Position numbers and translations under genes: made by a program. Below, in pieces: positions 21,480 to 29,873 of a stretch of DNA of 64,000 nucleotides (within the stretch, counting starts at the first letter, position 1; each line of letters starts with the position of its first letter). A model generated the notes under the pieces. The model ran no database searches. It was not told the origin of the DNA and saw nothing but the letters and a program-made list of their open reading frames with translations. The DNA comes from an uncultured Verrucomicrobiae bacterium (lineage in GTDB: Bacteria > Verrucomicrobiota > Verrucomicrobiia > Chthoniobacterales > JAFAMB01), in the NCBI GenBank assembly GCA_963762565.1, contig CAVXLD010000003.1, positions 480,001 through 544,000 on the forward strand. Direction: 5' to 3'.

Positions 21480-22593
21480 AAAAGGGGTCAGTCAACAAAT
21501 CTTGACAAATGGTATCATGTGACGAACTGAGGGGGTAATGCCGAGACAGGTTCGAGTTGAGTATCCTGGAGCCTTTTATCATGTGATGGCGCGAGGGGAC
21601 CGAGGCGAGAGCATCTTTGTGGATGACAAGGACCGAGAGCAGATCCTGCGAAGTTTGGGCCAAGTCTGCGCGAAGACGGGATGGCGGATCCATGCCTGGG
21701 TGTTAATGAGTAACCACTACCACTGGCTAGTGGAAACGCCGCAACCCAACTTGGTCGCAGGAATGCGCTGGGTACAGAACACCTATACCCGGCGGCTAAA
21801 TCATCGGCATAAGCTCTGGGGTCATGTCTTTGGCGGCCGCTATAAAGCGGTTCTGATCGAGAACGACCTGGATTCAGACTACTTTGCAAACCTTTGGGAT
21901 TATATCCATCTAAACCCAGTTCGAGCCAGGTTGGTCGATCCGAAGGAAGGGGTAGGTTTATTGGACTATCCCTGGAGCAGCCTTACCCAGGTGTATTCCG
22001 CCGGGCCCAATCGCCGGCCAGCATGGTGCGCGACTGAGCGCTCTTTTGCCGCCTTCGGCCTCAAAGACACCGTCAGTGGGCGAAAAGCATTAATTGAGCG
22101 TTTGGAGCAACGCGCCATCGCTGAGGAGGCAGAAAAGTGCGGTTGGATAGTGCGAGATGGTCAGTCGCTGAATAGTACGCTGCGTCGTGGCTGGTACTGG
22201 GGCGGTGAAGCGTTTAGGCAAAAGCTGTTGGATTTGGCGGCAGAACCATTGAGCAGGCTACGTAATCGCAACCGGCGTGCCACTCGTCAATGGCGCGATC
22301 ACGCCCAAGTTAGCGCCAGCGACTTAATTCGCCAGGGACTCGAGGCGCTTGGCCTGAGCGAGGACCAACTTAAAGCCAGTAAAGGCAGCGAAACCCGGAA
22401 GGTGAGTCTCGCATGGGCGATAGCCCGTTCGACCACGATGAGTCAAAGCTGGATTGCCGATCGCCTTAACATGCGCAGCGCGGCAAATGTTAGCCAGCAG
22501 GTGCGGCGATTCGAAAGAGAGCTGAAAGGTCAGAGCGACTCGCGAATTAAAGGATGGGTCAAGATTGTCAAGAATTGTTGACTGACCCCTTTT
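21480..22593 (+). mobile_element. RAYT/Y1-transposase element bounded by 28-bp inverted repeats
   Basis: AAAAGGGGTCAGTCAACAAATCTTGACA (21480-21507) and TGTCAAGAATTGTTGACTGACCCCTTTT (22566-22593), 27/28 complementary. Confidence 0.88.
21538..22581 (+). CDS. REP-associated tyrosine (Y1/HUH) transposase with C-terminal helical/HTH extension
   Basis: YHVMARG, IHAWVLMSNHYH (HUH), GHVFGGRYK, YIHLNPVRA (catalytic Tyr), YPWSS; C-terminal SQSWIADRLNM; stop codon lies inside the right IR. Confidence 0.92.
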   Translation: MPRQVRVEYPGAFYHVMARGDRGESIFVDDKDREQILRSLGQVCAKTGWRIHAWVLMSNHYHWLVETPQPNLVAGMRWVQNTYTRRLNHRHKLWGHVFGGRYKAVLIENDLDSDYFANLWDYIHLNPVRARLVDPKEGVGLLDYPWSSLTQVYSAGPNRRPAWCATERSFAAFGLKDTVSGRKALIERLEQRAIAEEAEKCGWIVRDGQSLNSTLRRGWYWGGEAFRQKLLDLAAEPLSRLRNRNRRATRQWRDHAQVSASDLIRQGLEALGLSEDQLKASKGSETRKVSLAWAIARSTTMSQSWIADRLNMRSAANVSQQVRRFERELKGQSDSRIKGWVKIVKNC

Positions 22594-22601
22594 GACCCCT
22601 T

Positions 22602-22714
22602 GGTGCGGCGATTCGAAAGAGAGCTGAAAGGTCAGAGCGACTCGCGAATTAAAGGATGGATCAAGATTGTCAAGAATTGTTGACTGACCCCTTTTCCTGT
22701 GACTGACCCCTTTT
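22602..22714 (+). repeat. Tandem duplication of the transposase 3' end plus right IR, followed by partial IR stutters
   Basis: 22602-22695 matches 22500-22593 with one mismatch, then GACTGACCCCTTTT recurs. Confidence 0.85.
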
Positions 22715-22869
22715 CCTGTGCTTTTCCTGGGTCCCCTTAGTTCGCGAAGGAAAGGACGAGACCCGGATAGAGAGCGGGAATGCGGTGCAACCAGAGTGCA
22801 CTAGGCTAATTTGGTGCAGCTCGACATCTGCCTAATTCTTCCACGTGAGCTGCGCTTACAGAGACTGCC

Positions 22870-25641
22870 CTAATCTCTTGGCGCCAATTCAGCTAACAGT
22901 GTTTTATATCGTGGATCCTCACGTAGAGGATCCCACATGGGATCGAGCTTCAAATTGCTGTAGTAAATGCCGCTCGGCGTTTTCGTCAACGAACTTAACG
23001 TTTCAAAAGCGAGGTCAGGCTCACCGGTCCAAGCATAAACAACCGCTAAATTTATCAGAAGACCCGGCCCATCCACTGCGTCCCTGCTGATCGGCAACAT
23101 ATCTACGGCACGTTTGCCTTCCGCAGTCGCGTCTTGTTTCTTCCCCAAGAGAGCATCGACCACAGCCAATTGGGTGAGCAACTTAGCTTTCGCATCCCCT
23201 TGTGACTCCTGGACCCTCTGATTTAATTGTTCCCGTGTTTCCGCAAAGCCAAAATTGTCGTCCGGCTGTTGTCCCTGCATTCGGGCAATAAGAATGAGAT
23301 AACACCCAGCCGGAACCGGCACCTCCATATAAGCAAAACCACCTTCGTCATCACCGCCCTTCAACTCCTCGACCAGTCTAATTGCCTGGTGCCAATCACG
23401 ATCATATAACGCGCAGCCCAGGCGCCAGGTGACAACATCCCGATCCTCTGCTATCGACAGCGGAAGCGCCGCAAGCGCCGAACGCAACGCAGTACCGTCT
23501 CCTGTGTTGGCTAAGGTTACATAATACGCCTTTAGAACCTTGAGTTCTGGGTGATCGGGAGCGAGATCGATCGCCCGATCGTACGCCTCTCCGGCGGCAG
23601 AAAGCTGACGCGCCATCTGAAGCGAATTTGGCAACTCAGTCATCGGATTGCGTGGGTCGAGAGTGATCGCTGCTTTCAATTCCTGAATTGCTTTTTCAAA
23701 GTTGCCCTGCCGGCGATCCATCAATGCCTGGAGAGTCATCACCTCAGTGTTATTGGGCATACCGCGCCTGGCGATGGCTAGCTGCACGCGCGCCCTTTCG
23801 TAATCACGATAGCTGACATAAAGGTGGTGGGCATACGCATAGTGCACTTCTGGAAGGTCGGGTTGCAAGCGCAGCGCGTTGTTCACCGCTGTATCTCCCA
23901 AGGAGCGTCGATTAGGAGTCGGATCGTGCCTATAAAGACCATCGTGCACGTAAGCCTCCGCGCAGTAGGCGAGCGTGAACTTCGGGTCGAGTTGTACCGC
24001 CTGATCAAGTAAATTTATCGCATCGCGAAGTGGCTTTTCATAGCCCGTCAGGACAGCGTTAACATCTGCATAGTCGATCAATTCCTTTGCCCGTAGGTAA
24101 AGATCGTACGCTTCGAGATTTTCTGTTAGCTTCGCTTCAATGCTCTGCTTCTCTTGCGGAGAAAGCGTAGCGGTCAACTTGGTGGCGATGGTCTGAGCTA
24201 CTTCGCTCTGAATGGCGAAAATATCAGTCAGATCCCGGTCATAGCTCTCGGACCAGAGAGCTTGGTCTGTTAGAGCATTGACAAGCCGAATTGTAATTCG
24301 AACGCGATTATCTTCTCTTCTCACGGTACCCTCGACAACATTAGCTACTCCGAGCACGCGAGCGATTGACCGCAGGTCCCGCGCTCCAGTAGGGCGAAAT
24401 GTCATTACCGAGGTCCGACTGATTACCTTGAGTTGGGATACTTTGGCGAGGCTGGATAGAATCTCGTCGTGAATACCGTCTGCAAAGTAACTGTTGCGGG
24501 GACCGCGGCTAAGCGTCTCAAATGGCAAAACGGCAATACTTCTCTTTCGAGCTCTGGGTACAGGCTGTTCTTTTGCTTGAGAGCCAAGCCTTTGCGTAGG
24601 ACTCGCCAACAGCTTTCGTCGTCCAATAGTGCGCCTACCCTTCGCGGACGTTTTCGATAGCGCGTTCGAGAGTTCTTTCGGGGTCTGAAAGCGCTTTGTA
24701 GGATCTTTCTCAAGAAGCCTCTCGATGAGATCAACCACCGGACCGTGGAACGCGGCAAGTTGCTCAATGGGGAAGCGTTTGTATAGATGTTGGTACATAA
24801 GCTCAGGCACAGATCCCGTAAATGGAACTTTGTCGGTGAGCATGTTCCAAAGCACTATGCCCAGCGAATAAAGGTCAGAACGGATATCTACTGCGAGGCC
24901 GGCAAATTGCTCTGGACTTGCGAACGCTGGTGTTCCAATAAAAGCGCCCGCCGTGGAAACAACTGCATCGGCTGGCTCGATAGCTACCTTGGCGAGGCCA
25001 AGGTCGATAATCTTCGCACTGGTAGATCCCCCGTTCTTCATTGCAACCATGACATTGCTAGGTTTGATGTCGCGGTGAACGAGACCTCTTTCATGGATCG
25101 CGCCCAAACCTGCTGCGACTTGAGTTGCGATTTCCAATGCGAGCTTTACTTCAAGCCTGCCAGAGCGTTTGATGAGATTCTCCAGAGTCTCACCCTCTAC
25201 AAACTCCATCGCGTAGAAGTAGCTAGTGACGCTCTTTCCGAGGTGAAATACAGAAGCAACGTTCGGATGCCGTACACTTGCCGCCGCCCGTGCCTCTCGT
25301 ACGAATCGTCGCCGGGCTGATTCGTCGCCAAGAAGCCGCGAGTTGATCACCTTCAACGCCACGACGGTTTGGAGATTCACATCGATCGCCTTATAGGTCA
25401 CTCCCATAGCGCCTCGACCTAGTTCAAGCGGCTTTCCATCCTCGCGAGTAACAAGCTGGTAGTGTTCAAACCGAAAATCCGGCGACAAACCAGTCGGGTC
25501 TAAATGTAACTCGGTGGTCGCGGCTTGGTCGGCGAGGGCACCCCGGAAAGCGCAAACCGGACAAAGCCCTAAGCCGTCGACAATTTGCGCCCCACAAATG
25601 GGGCAGACGCGTCTCGATTCTTGTTCCACAAACTCAACCAC
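22870..25641 (-). CDS. Hanks-type Ser/Thr protein kinase with TolB-like domain and TPR repeats
   Basis: LGRGAMG, VALK, HRDIKPSN, DLG, GTPAFASPEQ, SDLYSLG; SIAVLPF...YFADG...LKVISRTS; C-terminal WDPLREDPRY. Confidence 0.93.
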   Translation of the reverse strand: MVEFVEQESRRVCPICGAQIVDGLGLCPVCAFRGALADQAATTELHLDPTGLSPDFRFEHYQLVTREDGKPLELGRGAMGVTYKAIDVNLQTVVALKVINSRLLGDESARRRFVREARAAASVRHPNVASVFHLGKSVTSYFYAMEFVEGETLENLIKRSGRLEVKLALEIATQVAAGLGAIHERGLVHRDIKPSNVMVAMKNGGSTSAKIIDLGLAKVAIEPADAVVSTAGAFIGTPAFASPEQFAGLAVDIRSDLYSLGIVLWNMLTDKVPFTGSVPELMYQHLYKRFPIEQLAAFHGPVVDLIERLLEKDPTKRFQTPKELSNALSKTSAKGRRTIGRRKLLASPTQRLGSQAKEQPVPRARKRSIAVLPFETLSRGPRNSYFADGIHDEILSSLAKVSQLKVISRTSVMTFRPTGARDLRSIARVLGVANVVEGTVRREDNRVRITIRLVNALTDQALWSESYDRDLTDIFAIQSEVAQTIATKLTATLSPQEKQSIEAKLTENLEAYDLYLRAKELIDYADVNAVLTGYEKPLRDAINLLDQAVQLDPKFTLAYCAEAYVHDGLYRHDPTPNRRSLGDTAVNNALRLQPDLPEVHYAYAHHLYVSYRDYERARVQLAIARRGMPNNTEVMTLQALMDRRQGNFEKAIQELKAAITLDPRNPMTELPNSLQMARQLSAAGEAYDRAIDLAPDHPELKVLKAYYVTLANTGDGTALRSALAALPLSIAEDRDVVTWRLGCALYDRDWHQAIRLVEELKGGDDEGGFAYMEVPVPAGCYLILIARMQGQQPDDNFGFAETREQLNQRVQESQGDAKAKLLTQLAVVDALLGKKQDATAEGKRAVDMLPISRDAVDGPGLLINLAVVYAWTGEPDLAFETLSSLTKTPSGIYYSNLKLDPMWDPLREDPRYKTLLAELAPRD

Positions 25642-25959
25642 GGTTTTTCGGACAGGAGAGTAATATATTCCCGTTTATCTACCGTCCTTCCAATCCGTAC
25701 TCGGTTCGTCCGAAATCTTCAAAGCTGATCAAGAGACAACGCGTTCTAGACGAGAAAAGCTGCAAATGTCGTTTTTGATGGTCGCATTTTCGTTTCAAGC
25801 GCTGTTTGCTACGGAAAACGGCAAAGACTCTTACAACCAAATAGAACTGGCTGCTCTGATCAGGGAGGAAGAGGGCCAAGATATGGACAAACTTCCCGTG
25901 CCTGGCGAAGTGGAGCGTTATACTGGTATTCGGTTTGATCTCGGATGCCTGCGTAAAGC

Positions 25960-26370
25960 TTAATCGCTGAAACGAATGCCTGCTTCCTGAACTTCTTGGT
26001 ATGGCAATAGCCACACTAGGGACTCGTCGTGAAGGTCGACCACATCAATCCGATTATTGAACGGGTCGCGAAAAGCGCACCGAAATCCGGGAATTAGTTG
26101 TAACCCGTATTTCTGCGTGACTTTGTCTCTCACCTCCGCGAGTTGCCGCTCATCCCGAACAATTAGGCCAAAATGCCAGCCGCCCTTGTCGCGAACCTGA
26201 TCAACCTGGGTCATAGCGAGAAACTGATGATTCCCGAGCTTGAAAAACGCATTACCTTCGCCACGCGACTTAAGTTTAAGTTCGAAGACGTCCTCGTAAA
26301 ACGCTTGCGCCTTTGCAAGATCATCAACCTCGATCGCCACGTGATTGCACCCATAGACTTGAACGCTCAT
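25960..26370 (-). CDS. VOC/glyoxalase family protein
   Basis: NHVAIEVDDL..A..FYEDVF, HFGL, FRDPFNNRID. Confidence 0.88.
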   Translation of the reverse strand: MSVQVYGCNHVAIEVDDLAKAQAFYEDVFELKLKSRGEGNAFFKLGNHQFLAMTQVDQVRDKGGWHFGLIVRDERQLAEVRDKVTQKYGLQLIPGFRCAFRDPFNNRIDVVDLHDESLVWLLPYQEVQEAGIRFSD

Positions 26371-26427
26371 AATCCTGCATTCTGCGCCAATGGCTCTTTG
26401 ATCTCCATGCTTTTGAGTTAGCGAGAC

Positions 26428-26536
26428 AAAAGGGGCCAGTCAACGATTTCTGACAGTTTGACTTCGTGTTCGTACTCGGCGAGCAAGTTGATCCGCCCGA
26501 GGTCAGGTTCTGGGCATTTCAGAATCGGCATTGTCG
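26428..26536 (+). mobile_element. Left portion of a RAYT-associated REP/MITE unit (no right arm found)
   Basis: GAGAC + AAAAGGGGCCAGTCAACGATTTCTGACA plus the same internal sequence as 13948-14056. Confidence 0.8.
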
Positions 26537-26721
26537 ATCAAGCATCGCAGGCATTTTTGTCGCCAGAGCGAGATTCAAGGCGAGGGCGCAGGCGAATATC
26601 GGAAGCCGAGGTTGAAAGCGTTCCAGCCGTTGCCCATCGACGAGCGATCTCAATAAGGCCGGTCAGGCAAGGAGTAGCGAACCTTGCTGAGGGCTTCCTG
26701 GACTAACGCGGAGTAGTACTT

Positions 26722-26988
26722 ATGATCATCACGCTTTTTGAAGGACAGCGCTCTGAGACCTACGAAAGCCTCTCTGAGGCCGCCGATGCCGCCAAGAAGT
26801 GGTATTCAGATTTAGGGGAAGACGCTCCTCCGTGGGATTATGAGATTCAAACCTATGATGATTTGCTCGAAGCGATAGAAGAACACAAGAAGCGAGTTGC
26901 TTCTTGGGTGGCGAATAGGGACGACTATTACCCGAAGCCTCGGCTGACAGTTATTGGTATCGACGGCACTCCAGCAAAAGGTCGGTAA
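26722..26988 (+). CDS. Hypothetical protein
   Basis: ATG preceded by GGAG; next ORF starts 3 nt after the stop. Confidence 0.6.
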   Translation: MIITLFEGQRSETYESLSEAADAAKKWYSDLGEDAPPWDYEIQTYDDLLEAIEEHKKRVASWVANRDDYYPKPRLTVIGIDGTPAKGR

Positions 26989-26991
26989 TTA

Positions 26992-27294
26992 ATGGGTGAA
27001 ACCGCAGAAGCCATAGTAATGACCTGTATAGAAAACCCTCACAGCGAAGTGGAGGGCCTGGAATCCCGAACATTTTCAGTTCACGCAGTGCTATGCGTGC
27101 CCAAGGGCTTCGAAGAAATATATGTGACCAAAATTATTGAGCCGAACGAGATCGCGAGACTCGTGGCTGCGGAACCAATCCTAATGGAACGCGATGAGTT
27201 CTACTTTAAGACGAAAGCCAAAGTCGAACCGGATACCAAACTTAAGATCGAGATTTCTCTAGCCGGGGAATCCGATCAGCCGTCATCGAACTGA
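26992..27294 (+). CDS. Hypothetical protein
   Basis: Operon-like spacing; protein-like composition. Confidence 0.55.
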   Translation: MGETAEAIVMTCIENPHSEVEGLESRTFSVHAVLCVPKGFEEIYVTKIIEPNEIARLVAAEPILMERDEFYFKTKAKVEPDTKLKIEISLAGESDQPSSN

Positions 27295-27476
27295 TACCTA
27301 AGTCTCCTTGGTAGGAACACATTTGCGCGGCACTCAGAGTATTAAGCTATTCCGAACTCAGAACGTTGACTGGGTGAACGAATTTTGGTCTGTAGACTCA
27401 AACAGAGCCGCGGCAGCTCCAACGGCCGCCTCTCCTGTTATCATCGATCCTTCGGGGATCGATTTGTTTTCACACG

Positions 27477-27749
27477 TTAATCGTGTATTTCAATCTTGAT
27501 CTTGTGACCGGTCTGGAGATCGCGGTAGGTTGCTTTGTCACGGTCTCCCTTGAGCAAATGGTACCGCGTGCCGATCGCACGGATCCCGTCCTGGTTTATA
27601 ATAATCTGAGATGGCACTGTCTTGATCGTCGTGGTCGTAACCACTTGTCCAATCGGCTGCATCGTAGATTGGATCTCGTCTCCTCTACTCACTGTGAAAA
27701 AGCAAAGGCTGAGGACGGCTATTGCTATGAAGTGACTTACTCTGTTCAT
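27477..27749 (-). CDS. Small secreted hypothetical protein
   Basis: N-terminal signal-peptide-like hydrophobic stretch. Confidence 0.5.
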   Translation of the reverse strand: MNRVSHFIAIAVLSLCFFTVSRGDEIQSTMQPIGQVVTTTTIKTVPSQIIINQDGIRAIGTRYHLLKGDRDKATYRDLQTGHKIKIEIHD

Positions 27750-27945
27750 AATATTCGAGTGTTTGAAAGAGCCCTAGCGTGTCGGCGTAGAAAACCTACA
27801 CCTCCATTCGGGCGTTCGCTTTCAAACCGCAGGCTGGATTTACGGCCTTGACGCGAAATAAACCTGGGCGCTCTTTTCGGCGTCGCATTTTCCTAGGGAA
27901 ACGCTGCGGATTGCACCCATTTGCTATCGGAACCCGATTTCCAAG

Positions 27946-28089
27946 GGCGCAAAGACTTCTAGTCTTCGGGCACGAGCTGGACTCCGTACAAGGTGCTGCC
28001 ACCGTTCAGCGTGGCGCTTGCCAGGATCACCCCGTTGGCGTTGGTCCCTGATGTATAAGCAACGTGGTATCCGTCCGCGGAACTGTGCA
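27946..28089 (-). repeat. Second copy of the 144-bp gene-end fragment at 13722-13865
   Basis: About 90% identity by eye; encodes ...HSSADGYHVAYTSGTNANGVILASATLNGGSTLYGVQLVPED*. Confidence 0.85.
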
Positions 28090-28176
28090 TCCGACCAATG
28101 CTTCTTTTGCGGTTTGAACCTTTGAAGGCAGTCAGAACGAGGGGCAATTTACTGGCTCGCAATTATTACCGGCTGT

Positions 28177-28437
28177 TTGTTAGCATTCCAAACGATGCCA
28201 ATTCGTTATAGAGAAGTTCTTGAGCACATGAAGGGCTTTCTAGCCGCGTACCCTTTAGGTTTTCAGGCTGATGAGACCGGCCAGCGAAACATTGTCGCGG
28301 ACAGAAACGGTTACCGGCTCGGAGAATCGGTCGATCCAAAGGTAGTCGAAGAAATGGTTAAAGGCGAAAACGAGGCTTTCACGAATAGCATGGAGCGTAA
28401 ATCTTTTCGCCAATTGCTCGCAATGTTTGCTGGATGA
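28177..28437 (+). CDS. Hypothetical protein
   Basis: ORF with an internal ATG (MPIRY); no recognisable motif. Confidence 0.4.
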   Translation: MLAFQTMPIRYREVLEHMKGFLAAYPLGFQADETGQRNIVADRNGYRLGESVDPKVVEEMVKGENEAFTNSMERKSFRQLLAMFAG

Positions 28438-28509
28438 CGAGCCATCATCTTCCAGCCAATTGCTTATTCGTTCCCAGATAAAGAACGGGAAACAGAGGGC
28501 CGTTGAGAC

Positions 28510-28525
28510 AAAAGGGGTCAGTCAA
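28510..28525 (+). repeat. Solo left REP arm (GAGAC + AAAAGGGGTCAGTCAA)
   Basis: Exact 16-mer match with the GAGAC flank. Confidence 0.8.
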
Positions 28526-28633
28526 GGGATCAGTACTGCGACCAATACGGTCATCGCGACCGTAGGATAATCATTGACAGGATCGAGTCTTAACCAGCAA
28601 CAGATTTTCGCGATGTTTGTTCGCCTACCGTTC

Positions 28634-28980
28634 TCACCGCATCCTGGCCCGATAACAGAAGCCGATGATGATAATGACTAAGGGCAAGAACAACGCGACC
28701 GGCGTCCACACATGCATCATCGTGAGCACAATCTGGTTGAGGACAAAAAGCGCGCAGTAAAGATAAAGGCCCCACAGCCGCATCAACCAGAAGCCGATGA
28801 GCGAAACCAGTCCTACTAACGTGCTAACCGCCAGAAGGGTGGATACCAAGAGCCGATCTGCGACGCGTAGCTGGAAAAAACCAGAGGAATAGCAAATAGG
28901 ACACCGATAAAGGCGAGGATACAGATAATCGTAATTATGACAGGCCGGCCCTTCGCGGCCGCAGAGGGAGATTCACTCAT
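28634..28980 (-). pseudogene. Small four-helix membrane protein with a frameshift near 28835
   Basis: MSESPSAAAKGRPVIITIICIL...SWYPPF continues in another frame as LAVSTLVGLVSLIGFWLM...; span of 347 bp is not a multiple of 3. Confidence 0.6.
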
Positions 28981-29069
28981 GAGCTGGTAATAGGTATTGA
29001 AGGGGACTAGGCTCGAGGAATTAACAGGTGCGCTCTCTCGTGGCGAGCCTTTTCCGAGCCGTCCAAGCG

Positions 29070-29209
29070 GCGGTCAAAATGCAATCGGGACAGGCACCAT
29101 CGGGGGTATGCTTTCCGCCACGGTCTTGGCCATCTTTTTTGTGCCGCTCTTTTTCGTCGCCACTTTGCGGTTGTTGAGAGTGAAACCGAAGACACTTACT
29201 AGCAAGTAA
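29070..29209 (+). pseudogene. RND efflux permease (AcrB-type), C-terminal fragment
   Basis: [28 protein letters not shown] corresponds to the last TM helix of HAE1 RND pumps. Confidence 0.8.
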
Positions 29210-29239
29210 CCGGGGTGAGGCCTCGCAGACTCAGCCTAG

Positions 29240-29612
29240 CAGACTGTCGAAAAACGCAGGTGTCCGTCCCGGAGGGACAAGGTAATAGCAGCCTGGCCTG
29301 GAGGGGAGCCGCTTTGGAACGAGCCTAAAGATCTCGTGATATTCTATCCATTGCGAGGAACGCAAAATAGGGTGTTAAACAGGCGGCTCCCGGGAATTAC
29401 CGCACGAATGTTTTGTCCATAGTTCCGTTCGGAGATTGTTCATCCGGGCGTCGTGCCAACAAACCTAACGCGCGTTGAAACGTTCCCGGGAGCCGCCTGT
29501 TTAAGGAGATTTCCGGTCATGCACGCGTCCAGGCAAATATCGCGGGGTCTTCTGTTACGTGCCAAAGCGGCTCCCCTCCAGGCCAGCAGACATGCGTTTT
29601 TTCAACAGTTTG
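29240..29612. mobile_element. Non-autonomous composite MITE with IS5/IS1182-like ends and CTAG flanks, containing a nested-IR unit (29297-29582)
   Basis: CAGACTGTCGAAAAACGCA ... TGCGTTTTTTCAACAGTTTG; CTAG at 29236-29239 and 29613-29616. Confidence 0.7.
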
Positions 29613-29873
29613 CTAGGCTAAAATCTATCAGCCCCGAAATGCTTCGGGGTAAACGCTTCGCGCCTTTGAGATAATTGGGCAACAGCCCCGACGTTTGCCG
29701 GCGAAAGCAAGAATATCCGATGCGAACCGGCTTCCATTAGGTCTAAGAAAAAATATAATTTTTTGAGTATATGTTCCTTTGGTCGGCATCTCTAAGGAAA
29801 AGCTCAGACGGTGATGATCCTCTGTCTGTGCAACCTGAATACCCATAGAAAGCGTCGATTTGGCGCGTGTGAC

